A stretch of 64,000 bases of DNA. Source: a virus. Within the stretch, counting starts at the first letter, position 1. Each line of letters starts with the position of its first letter. The stretch lies in the IMG/VR virus record IMGVR_UViG_3300015263_001568, positions 1 to 64,000 of that record. One strand, written 5' to 3'. The notes below the pieces were generated by a model, which saw only the letters and a program-made list of their open reading frames with translations, did not search any database and was not told the DNA's origin. Positions 37,662 through 47,042 of the stretch are shown piece after piece. A program made the position numbers and the translations under genes.

Positions 37662-38267
37662 ATGCCACGTGGGAAGTCTACGTTAGACCGGTTGTCACTG
37701 CAAGACATGATCCGCATGACAACTTCACCTATCCGAGCGCGTGCCCGAAGAGGTTGTCGGCCCATTCAGCAAAGCTACGAGCTTAGCACAAAGGAAGGGT
37801 TTTCGCGACCATCACGTGCAAAAGAACCCAGCTATACCAACGAACTGAAGCTGGTGTCGCGCTGCACGCAGAAGCGCCATGCTAGCTATATCCGATTCTA
37901 CGGGGAGCCGGGGCTGAAAACGCCCGTTTGGGTATGGTGCGACTGCGACTACTTCAAATACTACTTGGAAGTGTCGTTGGCGCGGCGGGGATCGTCATCG
38001 CTGCGTGCATCGAATGGCAAGGCGCCAACCATCCGCAACCCGCACATGAACGCCTACCTCTGCAAGCACCTCATGCTGGCCGCAGAGATCGCTTTGACAA
38101 AAAAGGACCTTATACGTCCGTTTTTGGAGCAGGAGATGTCCGACATTCCAGAAACCGAAGAATTACCAAAGCATGCAGAAACTGAGCTAGAAGTTGAACC
38201 AGAAGAGGAAGCGGTAGCAGAGGAAGAGGAAGCTTCTGTGGAGGGTGAAGAAGAAGCAGAAGTCTAG
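37662..38267 (+). CDS. SWIM zinc-finger protein
   Basis: WCDCDYF...CKHL motif; acidic tail; ATG 37662 with AGGA RBS. Confidence 0.75.
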   Translation: MPRGKSTLDRLSLQDMIRMTTSPIRARARRGCRPIQQSYELSTKEGFSRPSRAKEPSYTNELKLVSRCTQKRHASYIRFYGEPGLKTPVWVWCDCDYFKYYLEVSLARRGSSSLRASNGKAPTIRNPHMNAYLCKHLMLAAEIALTKKDLIRPFLEQEMSDIPETEELPKHAETELEVEPEEEAVAEEEEASVEGEEEAEV

Positions 38268-38563
38268 CCAGCAGCTTCGACGACTTGAATGTTGACCTTA
38301 CGCGATACGCTACCAGCAGCTGCCCCAATCAGAGATCGGATGGCGCGGATGGTATGGCCACGAGTGCCAATGATGCGACCGATGTCAGTTTTGTCGACTT
38401 CAAACTCCATCACAGTCCATTGACGGCCGCGAGTGATGGTAACGTTGACTTTGTCTGGCCTACCAACAATTTTCAGAATGGATAGTACGGCTAGCGCTTC
38501 AATATCCATGTCAACGTGGTTTGGTAGCAATTCAGTGGCAGCGACAGTCGTTGGTTCCGGCAT
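38264..38563 (-). CDS. khpA: KhpA (YlqC/UPF0109) KH-domain RNA-binding protein
   Basis: IVGRPDKVNV..EFEVDKTDIGRIIGTRGHTIRAIRSL, with an intact GxxG loop. Confidence 0.85.
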   Translation of the reverse strand: MPEPTTVAATELLPNHVDMDIEALAVLSILKIVGRPDKVNVTITRGRQWTVMEFEVDKTDIGRIIGTRGHTIRAIRSLIGAAAGSVSRKVNIQVVEAAG

Positions 38564-38572
38564 TGTTAGCTC

Positions 38573-39475
38573 CTAGCGTTTCTTCTTTTTCTTCTTTTTC
38601 TTCTGCTCAGGAACCGGTTCCAGCTTTGTCTCCAGCAGCGGGTCGAAGCAGAGGACCTTCCACGGGCACCACACTGCGTATTTGTCAGTTTGGTGGATGC
38701 ACAGCCCTTCTGGAGGTGTAGCGCTCTTTAGACTGCGCTTGCCGGTTCTTATGAGTCCCACCGTTTTGTGGAACAACTTCTGACTGAGCGGTAGCTGCAT
38801 GGGGAGCCAAGTGCGGTTGGCGGCTCCCCGGTCTATATAGACTAGAACGATTTTGTCGATCTTGACACCACCGAACTGATCCGTGTCGCTCAGCGAATTG
38901 ATGGCATTAGCGTAGTAATTGACCTGTAAATAGTTCTCCTCTTTCGGAAGCCCATCTCTACGTAAATCCATAATTTTGTAGTGACCAGATCCCTTGAAGT
39001 CCACCAAGAATGCAAGTTTGCCGATCTTGACAATCATGTCGATGTGACCTGACGCCGGAAGCTCCTTGGTCGGCTCGATGGCGTACTCTTGGTAGCGCAT
39101 TTCTTGGCCACATTTCGAGCACGTCTGGATGCCCAACTTGTGCCGCTTAATGCGATTGCAGGACTTGCATACCCAATTTCCGTAGGTATGGTCCTGCATG
39201 GCTATGCCGAACCACTTTTGGAGAACTTCGTGCAGCGCTGTACCCGCCTCAGTAGCCGCCTCGCTAGCGAATGTTTCCCGTCGCTGTGGCAGGTCTTCAG
39301 GGCGCGTGCGCTTGAAAATGTGGTAGGCGCGCGGGCACACCGGAAACGAGCTGGCACGCAGCTCCAACTGCTCTTTCTTGCGCGCCTTGCGCTCTCCACG
39401 GCGCACCCGTTCAAATCCCGTAGCCAGCTTCGGGTTCAGCGGTTCTAGCCTTGGGATCGGAAATTCTTTAGACAT
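38573..39475 (-). CDS. Cas4-like PD-(D/E)XK exonuclease
   Basis: CPR, GTALHE, GHID, LVDFK, QVNYY and C..CPWKVLC Fe-S pattern, plus an extra CxxC/CxxC insert. Confidence 0.85.
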   Translation of the reverse strand: MSKEFPIPRLEPLNPKLATGFERVRRGERKARKKEQLELRASSFPVCPRAYHIFKRTRPEDLPQRRETFASEAATEAGTALHEVLQKWFGIAMQDHTYGNWVCKSCNRIKRHKLGIQTCSKCGQEMRYQEYAIEPTKELPASGHIDMIVKIGKLAFLVDFKGSGHYKIMDLRRDGLPKEENYLQVNYYANAINSLSDTDQFGGVKIDKIVLVYIDRGAANRTWLPMQLPLSQKLFHKTVGLIRTGKRSLKSATPPEGLCIHQTDKYAVWCPWKVLCFDPLLETKLEPVPEQKKKKKKKKR

Positions 39476-39486
39476 CAGCTTCCTTC

Positions 39487-39495
39487 TGCTAGAAT
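39487..39495 (+). promoter_or_regulatory. Extended -10 promoter candidate (TGcTAGAAT)
   Basis: Lies 7 nt upstream of ATG 39503. Confidence 0.45.
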
Positions 39496-39502
39496 GGCGC
39501 CT

Positions 39503-40450
39503 ATGGCGCGTGAAGACCTATCTGACTTTATCGAGTCGGAAATGCGGCGTCTGGGCTTCGTGGTGGAAGGAATGAACTCTTCCAGCTCGTGGCTCAAAAC
39601 CCGATGCGTCAATCCGCAACACAACGACTCTACACCAAGCTTTTCCATCAATCGGTACACCGGCTACTTTCAGTGCTTCGGTTGCGGCATATCCGGCAAG
39701 CAATGGAACGACCTCAGTCAGTGGATACCGGTAAAGGAAATTAGCGAAGATGACGATGACCTACAAATCGATCCTTTCCGTGTGCTGCGCCGAAAGCGCG
39801 AAGAAAAGAAGCGGCGGGAAAGTGTCATCTTTACCATTCCTTGGGACGCTGATCCATGGAAAGGCCCGTGGCAGCTACCGAACACTGACTTCAAAATATC
39901 TCAACAAACACTGCAAGCGCTTGATGCACGCCGCTACTACGACGATCGGGACAACTGCTATCGTATATTGTTTCCGTGCTGGCAGCAAGAAGAGTTGTAC
40001 GGATGGACGGCGCGCCGCTTAGACGACGCGGAGTTCAAGAAAAAGGACCAGAAGCCGCCTAGGCGTTGGCGAAATTGCGACAATTTCCGTGCCATAGACG
40101 TGTTGTTCCCGTTAGACATCGTCATGCGCATGCACAGTCGCTATGTCGTGTTGGTTGAAGGTCCGGGCGACGCCATACGTTTGGTCAACTACGACATCCC
40201 AGCGTTAGCCATTTTGGGCACGAAGAATTGGAATCCGCGGCTAGGCTTGGTATTGTTGCACTACATCGGCGCAGAGGTCGTCATTTTGGCGCTAGATTCT
40301 GACGATGCCGGAAGGATGGCGAGGGCGCGCATCGAATTGGATCTGCAAGACCACTTTGCGGTCAAAAATTTCCGTCCGCCGGAAGGTCATGATCCAGCAT
40401 CGATGCCGCTGCGCGATGTGCGGCGCTTGTGGAAAGGAACGCGGCGCTAG
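39503..40450 (+). CDS. dnaG: DNA primase (CHC2 Zn finger plus TOPRIM)
   Basis: CVNPQHNDSTPSF...CFGC, VEGPGD and LDSDDAG motifs. Start is either 39494 or 39503. Confidence 0.9.
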   Translation: MAREDLSDFIESEMRRLGFVVEGMNSSSSWLKTRCVNPQHNDSTPSFSINRYTGYFQCFGCGISGKQWNDLSQWIPVKEISEDDDDLQIDPFRVLRRKREEKKRRESVIFTIPWDADPWKGPWQLPNTDFKISQQTLQALDARRYYDDRDNCYRILFPCWQQEELYGWTARRLDDAEFKKKDQKPPRRWRNCDNFRAIDVLFPLDIVMRMHSRYVVLVEGPGDAIRLVNYDIPALAILGTKNWNPRLGLVLLHYIGAEVVILALDSDDAGRMARARIELDLQDHFAVKNFRPPEGHDPASMPLRDVRRLWKGTRR

Positions 40451-41373
40451 AAGAGATTTACTAAGCTGGAAGCTGCCGATTCTATTTTTGCCGCTGCTGC
40501 ACTTGTAGCAGTGTTAGCAAAAGGATTAGCCAAACGCGATTTAGCGGAAGATGACGACGGCGCATACAACGGTGTGGGCGACACATTTGGGTTTGAAGCC
40601 ACACGTTGACCTTGCAATAGCTTGGTGCTACGTCGCAGCGCTTCGTTGCGCCCTTGGCTGTTGACCCACATCTGGTACGTACTCGCCATTTGGCTGAAAC
40701 TTGTCAACCTTGGAACCGTCCAATATACTTGGAAATTCGCTTGCCACACGAGCTGATTTGCATGGTCTGCTGATTCTTCCCACGTTACAGGCTCTCCAGT
40801 GAAGTAGCCTTCCAACCGCAACACCGGGAAGGCCCGCGTGTACATGATGATTACGTGGCGGTTCTCAAACGCTCCCAGCAGTGCTGGAGAGTCGACCAGC
40901 TCCCAAAATTCGTAGAAGTTCTCCAATCCAGGAGGAACCTGTACGTTCTGAAAATCCAGGCCGAAATCCGTAGCACCTTGAATAGACTGCGCGTACGTCT
41001 CATCAATTGCTCCAGCGGATGGCATAATGTTACCAGTCTGGAACGTAATGTTGAGCGTAAATTCGTCCAAGTATGTGTTGCGATATCTGTTACGCCAGGT
41101 GTTCCGCACGGCGCCGGCTGCTGTCTTTACCACCGTTTCGCGCCGCGGTACAGACCAGCTAATTTGTCTAGGATTAACAAACAGCTGAATATAGCGACCG
41201 TTGGCCATCCATGAGGTCGTCGAAAGCAGCATGCCACTACGTGGTTCGTTGTAGTGACGGAATTGATTGCGCACCACACGATTGCGCAAACGGCTGTTTT
41301 TCGTCATCAGGGTGTCAAGGCGTAGACCTTGGCTTCCCCCGCGCGGAATCAATATCTGGCGTACTAGTGCCAT
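40447..41373 (-). CDS. Baseplate/tail-tube-initiator-like structural protein
   Basis: LFVNPRQISWS..TVVKTAAG..FTLNITFQTG pattern, as in myophage hub proteins. Confidence 0.5.
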   Translation of the reverse strand: MALVRQILIPRGGSQGLRLDTLMTKNSRLRNRVVRNQFRHYNEPRSGMLLSTTSWMANGRYIQLFVNPRQISWSVPRRETVVKTAAGAVRNTWRNRYRNTYLDEFTLNITFQTGNIMPSAGAIDETYAQSIQGATDFGLDFQNVQVPPGLENFYEFWELVDSPALLGAFENRHVIIMYTRAFPVLRLEGYFTGEPVTWEESADHANQLVWQANFQVYWTVPRLTSFSQMASTYQMWVNSQGRNEALRRSTKLLQGQRVASNPNVSPTPLYAPSSSSAKSRLANPFANTATSAAAAKIESAASSLVNLF

Positions 41374-42158
41374 TATCGGCGCCGCCGGCGCTTACCGTGC
41401 TGCTCATCCGCGAGTTGCCGAGACGCCATCAGCTGACGCGCCCAAGATGTAATCGCTGGGAATGCGCGAGCGCGATCCAGAATGTAGCTCAAGTCCTCCT
41501 GGGTGTAGGAGTCCTCGTCGACGGTGTCGAGGTCGGCCAGAACATCCTGCTTGGACGCGGGATCGGCTTCTAGCGTTCCAATCAGGTTCAGCACGCGGGC
41601 ATTCACCGACGTGTCCATCTTCAGCTTGGCTTTCGTGATTTCAGCATCACGCAGCATGTCCGGCGCATTGGGATCGATGGCTGCTAGCTGCATTGCCATC
41701 ATGGCATCCTCGTCGTCATCGCGCCATTCAATGCCGTCTGTCTCAGCCAGCTCCGGATCGTGCTTTCCTTCATCCTTTGTGCGCAAACCATAGCGCTCGC
41801 GGGCCGGTGTCAGGTTGAGCTTCTGACTCAGGTTGCTCTTGCCGTATTCGCGCGCAATGGCTTCCTGCGCACCAGGACGGCTCAGCAAGGACTCTGCTGC
41901 CTGCGGGTCTACTAGCTCCAAGCCTCCCGCGTGTAACAGGCGCATGAAGTCGGTAGACTCCACAATGCGATTGCGCGGCACCCGTGACGCCAGGTCGATG
42001 GGGTACTTCATGTTCGGGATCATGACCGTCGAAGAGTTGCCGTGGATGTCTTTGAACACCAGCATCAGCTTCATGCCCTGGCCATTGTGCAGCCGAGATG
42101 TGGTGTTCTTGACATAGATGGGCCCGCTACCCTTGATCAGTTCGTGAATATTCGGCAT
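41373..42158 (-). CDS. Hypothetical, probably virion-associated protein
   Basis: AGGAG RBS; lies between structural genes. Confidence 0.6.
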   Translation of the reverse strand: MPNIHELIKGSGPIYVKNTTSRLHNGQGMKLMLVFKDIHGNSSTVMIPNMKYPIDLASRVPRNRIVESTDFMRLLHAGGLELVDPQAAESLLSRPGAQEAIAREYGKSNLSQKLNLTPARERYGLRTKDEGKHDPELAETDGIEWRDDDEDAMMAMQLAAIDPNAPDMLRDAEITKAKLKMDTSVNARVLNLIGTLEADPASKQDVLADLDTVDEDSYTQEDLSYILDRARAFPAITSWARQLMASRQLADEQHGKRRRRR

Positions 42159-42175
42159 CGTCTTTTCTTCTCCTG

Positions 42176-43372
42176 TTAGTAGAGCCCTACCTGGGCGAGT
42201 AGTGCCTGAGTATCATACGGTGCTCCGACTCCTAGGCCGAAGTTACCAACACGCCAGACACGGTTTGTATAGCGGAAGTTCTTGGGACGAACGCCGGACC
42301 GTGCAACACCGCACATCCGGCGGAAAATCTGCTTTTTCGCCTCGGCGAATTTGTTGAGCATTTCGCCAAGAGCGCTGATTACGCCACTGTAGTCGTGGTT
42401 GTACTCTAGCGTAACGGTCTGACCGCCATGGCTAAAATTCAGCTCGATTTCCAGAATCTGCTGCGACTGCAAAGCCCAGATGGCAGCGGCGATGAGTGTT
42501 GACGTAGCGAGTGCATTAGAACCGGTAACCGGAATTTGGCTCAGAGTCCAGTCAGTCTCAGGATAGATCATGTTCACGTAGCCGAGACCATGCTGGATAT
42601 AATCGTACATGTCAGAGGTGGCGTAGCTCTGCACCAACCCGATTTTCTTGTGGAGCTTGTCGACCAATATGCGCAACGGCATGTTGAGCAGCCAGAAATT
42701 GCTCTCCGGAACCTTGATGTTACGTTGCAGATATTCGGTCTCCGACACGGATGAATCCCGCACTTTCCAGAAAATGACGTACTCACCTTCATTCAAGGCA
42801 TCCGTGTCGAAGAAATAACGGTACTGACCGTTTTCAATTTCGCGACCAATTTTTCTCTGCGGGTTGGACCGCACCAAACATTGGCTGTTTAGATCGCTCT
42901 CCGTGACATCCGTTTCCCGGCCAAAGCGCGTCGTCACAACCTTTTGAGCGAAGTAGCGAATGTCGAGTCCGATTTCGTAGGCCCGACTCGTGCGCTGAAT
43001 GCTTACGCGCTCTTGAGTTCCGGCCATCGTCAGGAGGGTCCATTGCCGGTCTTCATACTTCGCTTCGACCTTGTCTACGACATCAAATTCTTCGGAGATG
43101 TCCTTATTGTGACCCGCATAAGTCACCATGAACCAGTCGATACGCCATCGACGTTCATCGGTGTTTAGCTCGGCATCTTCTGGCACGAACCACATGAAGC
43201 GGTAGCGGCCCTTACCAGTAGGTGCGCCGACGCCGTACTTCACCACCGTTCCGGCCGGATCTTTGATCTGTACCGTAACGGGGGTGCTCTGGTCAGCCGG
43301 CACCATGGGCTCACCATCGACGTCAATGAAGTCCGCCTCGAAAGGCACTGTAGTTCCACGAATGAAGCGCAT
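42176..43372 (-). CDS. Head-tail adaptor/neck protein with N-terminal Ig-like domains
   Basis: VTVQIKDPAG..GKGRYRFMW Ig-like N-terminus; neck-like C-terminus (FSHGGQTVTL). Start set at MRFIRG. Confidence 0.55.
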   Translation of the reverse strand: MRFIRGTTVPFEADFIDVDGEPMVPADQSTPVTVQIKDPAGTVVKYGVGAPTGKGRYRFMWFVPEDAELNTDERRWRIDWFMVTYAGHNKDISEEFDVVDKVEAKYEDRQWTLLTMAGTQERVSIQRTSRAYEIGLDIRYFAQKVVTTRFGRETDVTESDLNSQCLVRSNPQRKIGREIENGQYRYFFDTDALNEGEYVIFWKVRDSSVSETEYLQRNIKVPESNFWLLNMPLRILVDKLHKKIGLVQSYATSDMYDYIQHGLGYVNMIYPETDWTLSQIPVTGSNALATSTLIAAAIWALQSQQILEIELNFSHGGQTVTLEYNHDYSGVISALGEMLNKFAEAKKQIFRRMCGVARSGVRPKNFRYTNRVWRVGNFGLGVGAPYDTQALLAQVGLY

Positions 43373-43444
43373 ACATAGAGAATAGTAAGAAACGCCTTTT
43401 CTGGTTACGCTATGGTGGAGTCGTGCCTCGGCACGTGTATCCAT

Positions 43445-44380
43445 ATGGGAACAAAAGCATATCGACCACAGAGGGACGACTACGTCCCAGACGGCTCAGA
43501 GGTTCTAGACGACCACCCGCATACGATTGCGCGTGAGCTGCTTCTGCCACGCATCGCAGCGCGGAATAAAAAAGCCGTCAAGACCATCCGAACCGAACTC
43601 TATTACTTCGCTAAAATACGCGCCGGCCGCAGGTGCTCCTGCTTTGAAAGTGAGATCGCTCCGGATTCACTTTGCTCGGCGTGCTTTAGTACCGGCATCG
43701 TCGGAGGCTATTTGAAGTACGGCACCGACCTGTTCACGCTGGACGTCACCCATCCAAATATCCGCTCTGTAAACGTCATTCCCAACCACGAAATCAAGGA
43801 AAAGCCTACGCCGCTTACGCTAGTCGATGGCAGCACATTTGGCTTTGCCGAATTTACCGTGCAGCTGGGAACCAACATTGGGCTGCATGACGCTTTTCTA
43901 TCGATTACAAAGGCACCGGATGGCAGCTCCGTCGATGCTTTTTTGAAAAGTCCTGCGGACCAGACGTACGTCGCTTTCACCAAGCAGAATTTCGACCAAC
44001 GGTTGCTCAACCACACTTTGCAGGTGCGCATCGAATTGCGCCGACCTAACGCTGCTTCTAAGACGCCGCGCTTTTACTGCCTGCATGGTCGCTATCGGCG
44101 CATCAGCGACTTGAAGCTGACGGCGAACGTTCCACGCACTGAGCGCTCGCAATTTCTCGGCGACCACGGTCTGACGGACCAATGGCAGTCGCAGCACTTT
44201 TTCCTCGACAACACCATTAAAAACATCACGACGGAAGACTTCGTCGCCACGCCTGATGGGCAAACGCGATGGAAGATCCACAACGTGAACCCCTTCGATC
44301 CTGAAAACCAGCTGTTGAGCTGGGATGTCGATACCCGACTCGTGCATCCTTACGAGTCGTACAACTACGTGCCCCTCTAG
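43445..44380 (+). CDS. Neck/head-closure-like protein
   Basis: GRRCSC..CSACFSTGIVGGY motif seen in large-phage neck proteins. Start set at MGTKAY. Confidence 0.5.
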   Translation: MGTKAYRPQRDDYVPDGSEVLDDHPHTIARELLLPRIAARNKKAVKTIRTELYYFAKIRAGRRCSCFESEIAPDSLCSACFSTGIVGGYLKYGTDLFTLDVTHPNIRSVNVIPNHEIKEKPTPLTLVDGSTFGFAEFTVQLGTNIGLHDAFLSITKAPDGSSVDAFLKSPADQTYVAFTKQNFDQRLLNHTLQVRIELRRPNAASKTPRFYCLHGRYRRISDLKLTANVPRTERSQFLGDHGLTDQWQSQHFFLDNTIKNITTEDFVATPDGQTRWKIHNVNPFDPENQLLSWDVDTRLVHPYESYNYVPL

Positions 44381-44389
44381 GAGACTTTC

Positions 44390-45046
44390 ATGTCGCTGTA
44401 CGAGATCACAAATGTTAGCGACAAGCGCGTCGCTGTCTCTTCACGCGAATATCGGCCTCTGCATTTTAGTCTCGGCCCTGGAGAACGCATCGGTGTCTTG
44501 ATCGAGGACCTCAAACGCTGGTCACAGTGGGGCAAGCAGGATCTCGCGGAATACGTACAAAAAGGCTTCTTGCAGATTGAAGCCCGCGATACGGTGCATG
44601 TCGTTCAGGATAAAGCACACCGCTTGCCACTTTCTACCTCCGGGCGCTCGGGTGCTACAGGCTTGACTACGGCGGTCGATCGTGCGAATCTGTTCAAGGC
44701 TGTGTACAATGCCCACATCCCATCAACGTTGTTTCATAGCGTTGCTGATGGCGTGAATACAATCACGTCTCCGGATGTGGATCCCACAGACACACCAGCT
44801 ACGCAGCTCACCGATATGATCACGCTGCTGACAGAAGCACAGCTAGACTACGACGCGCACCGTACACAAGCCGGCGTGCATGTCGTAGATGACACCACCA
44901 ATGCTACTGCACTCGTTGCCCCAGTAGACCTAGACACCTGTATTGGCGTGCTTGACGAGCTATATGCGTTGTTCAACTCTCACCTTGCTTGGTTCTACGA
45001 CGCTGCTGCTGCGCCGCTGACGCCGGTAGACATCATCACTCTCTGA
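44390..45046 (+). CDS. Virion structural protein (His-repeat helical)
   Basis: GGAG RBS; YNAH/YDAH/FNSH repeats. Confidence 0.55.
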   Translation: MSLYEITNVSDKRVAVSSREYRPLHFSLGPGERIGVLIEDLKRWSQWGKQDLAEYVQKGFLQIEARDTVHVVQDKAHRLPLSTSGRSGATGLTTAVDRANLFKAVYNAHIPSTLFHSVADGVNTITSPDVDPTDTPATQLTDMITLLTEAQLDYDAHRTQAGVHVVDDTTNATALVAPVDLDTCIGVLDELYALFNSHLAWFYDAAAAPLTPVDIITL

Positions 45047-45570
45047 TGCGCGTTCTTGGGATAGACCCCGGAAAAGTCAACTTCGGTTGGGCAATTTACG
45101 GAAATGATGGATTGGAGCGCCATGGTGTCATCGACGGCGCAGAAGCGCTCGAAGACTTAGCAGCATGGCGCATACGGTTCTCCCGCATCGTAAAGAACTA
45201 CAAGCCAGACGCGCTTTGCGTCGAGCGGTACGCACGGCGCTTTGGCAAAGGCGGTCAGAAGGAAAGCGAGATCATGAACATCATGATCGGTCATGCTTTG
45301 GAAATCTGCCTTTGCCGAAAAATCAGCTGCACGTTGGTTACGGCCAGCACGCACAAAGGCTGGACGGCAAAAAACTTCGACGTGCAGCCTTATCCCAAGG
45401 CTAAGAAAAACGGCAGCGTTGAGAAAAAGTGGGACCTTGGAACGTACGAAGAATGGAAGCACCTTGCGGCAGATTATTCGTACCATGAAGTAGATGCTGC
45501 CAACGTGGCCAAGTATGGTCACGATGTCATTTTTACCAACATAGGAGACGACGATGAAGACGATTCGTGA
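45046..45570 (+). CDS. ruvC: RuvC-like Holliday junction resolvase
   Basis: MRVLGIDPG..FGWA, PDALCVE and HEVDAANVA motifs; TGATG coupling. Confidence 0.85.
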   Translation: MRVLGIDPGKVNFGWAIYGNDGLERHGVIDGAEALEDLAAWRIRFSRIVKNYKPDALCVERYARRFGKGGQKESEIMNIMIGHALEICLCRKISCTLVTASTHKGWTAKNFDVQPYPKAKKNGSVEKKWDLGTYEEWKHLAADYSYHEVDAANVAKYGHDVIFTNIGDDDEDDS

Positions 45571-46231
45571 ACGCGACCTCGCAGAGCACGGGATTCCGAA
45601 AATCATGGTGAAGGGCCGTGTGGTCCCTAGCCAGCTGCCGACGCCAATGAACGTACCCGCCACCACAGAAACGTTGACCGCTGCATTGCAACAGTCTGGA
45701 CAAGCGCGGAACGCTGCGGAGGAGCGTGCAGCCAAGCTGGAAAAAGAGCTGCTCGACGTCAAGTACGAACTCGACAAGCTTGGTGCGGCTGGCATCTCAA
45801 AAGACGTACTGGAAGGCGTAGAGACAGAGCTGCAAGAAGCGCTCGAAGAAGCACGACGGCAGCGAGAGCGCGCCGACCAGCAAGCAGGCGAACTAGATAA
45901 TCTGCACAATAGCGTGCGCGAGCTGAAGTCTAGCCACCGTACCCTGCAAGGAAAGATCACCGATGCCGAGGCAGCGCTTGAAGAGCGAACGCTGCTTATG
46001 GAAGAGAATGACCAGCTCAAAGCAGAACTCGCGGCGCTGAAGTCTGCGGGCATCGGTCTCATGTCGCCTACCGACGTCAATGAGATCGATGAAGTCAAGC
46101 GCCTCACCCGCACCGACGACAGCCTCATTATCGAAGGCCTGTCAAACGGTGAGGACTTCAAGATCAGCATGAAATACGATTCTTATCGCGCGTTCCGTCG
46201 CATGAAGCCCATCAACGACGAGGCCGCATAA
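45554..46231 (+). CDS. Coiled-coil protein
   Basis: Long heptad pattern; AGGAG RBS. Confidence 0.7.
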   Translation: MKTIRERDLAEHGIPKIMVKGRVVPSQLPTPMNVPATTETLTAALQQSGQARNAAEERAAKLEKELLDVKYELDKLGAAGISKDVLEGVETELQEALEEARRQRERADQQAGELDNLHNSVRELKSSHRTLQGKITDAEAALEERTLLMEENDQLKAELAALKSAGIGLMSPTDVNEIDEVKRLTRTDDSLIIEGLSNGEDFKISMKYDSYRAFRRMKPINDEAA

Positions 46232-46242
46232 AGGAACGACTG

Positions 46243-46422
46243 ATGGACACACCACAACCACAGCAACCGCAACCTCAATCCCCCACCACGCCGACGCATT
46301 CTTCCGAGGCGTGCCCGAAGTGTGGCGGCCCCCGCAAGCGACAGCTCTTCCGCACCGGCTCTGTGCAGCATCCTGGGCGCGATGTTGACGTCTGTACCGC
46401 CTGTGGCAAAGTCGTAGAATAG
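46243..46422 (+). CDS. 59-aa CPxCG-type Zn-ribbon microprotein
   Basis: Not in the ORF track. AAGGA RBS; MDTPQPQQPQPQ...CPKCGG...CTACGK. Confidence 0.7.
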   Translation: MDTPQPQQPQPQSPTTPTHSSEACPKCGGPRKRQLFRTGSVQHPGRDVDVCTACGKVVE

Positions 46423-46442
46423 CCACTAGTTAGCGATACTCC

Positions 46443-46470
46443 TTGACCGGTTCCACAGGCCAGATAAGAT
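46443..46470 (+). promoter_or_regulatory. Sigma-70-type promoter candidate for the RNR operon
   Basis: TTGACC-N16-TAAGAT in an intergenic region. Confidence 0.5.
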
Positions 46471-46538
46471 AGCTAGTCCAGCACGTCTTGGGCGGCTGTC
46501 CTTCCGGACCTGGCAGGAACCACAAGGAGAGGCCAGAG

Positions 46539-47042
46539 TTGAGCCCGCGTATCGCCATCTCGACTACTGGCTACCCCGTCAAGACGGGTGTGGCAACGGA
46601 GATACAGGTTGGTAGCCTCCGTCACCTTCTACAAGCCGCGGAGAGCCTCGCTGAGCAGCCCTACCGGCTTGTGGCTATCTACCCCTTTGGCCAACCTCGA
46701 AAAGCCGTATACGACGTCCTAGACAGCCTGGAGAAGTCCCTTTGCTCTGCCAAGGTGCTGGTGGTCTGCCGGCACGGCGCGCAGGCCATAGTGCCCGACT
46801 TCCTTCAGCCGCACCAACGGCTCCGGCGGCCAAACGGGCACATCGATGTCATGGTCCACGTTGACCGTGACTTGGCGTGGGAGCCGCCCACGAATCTTTC
46901 GCTCGACATCCATCCGACGACAGGGCGATTCAGCCGCTGGGCTATTCAACAAGGCTTGGTGCCGATCGTTCTGCGCCGGATAACGTCTGTTCAAAAGTGC
47001 AAGGACCTCTACAACCTTCTAACCGCTGAGGCAGCTCTATGA
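46539..47042 (+). CDS. Hypothetical protein
   Basis: TTG start after AAGGAG; ATGA overlap with nrdJ. Confidence 0.6.
   Translation: MSPRIAISTTGYPVKTGVATEIQVGSLRHLLQAAESLAEQPYRLVAIYPFGQPRKAVYDVLDSLEKSLCSAKVLVVCRHGAQAIVPDFLQPHQRLRRPNGHIDVMVHVDRDLAWEPPTNLSLDIHPTTGRFSRWAIQQGLVPIVLRRITSVQKCKDLYNLLTAEAAL

Noticed and set aside
38573-39475. CRISPR-Cas locus around the Cas4-like gene
   Set aside because: No other cas genes and no repeat-spacer array; solo Cas4-like nucleases are common in phages.
45157-46170. 337-aa minus-strand ORF
   Set aside because: Antisense shadow of ruvC and the coiled-coil gene; Ser-rich, no motifs.
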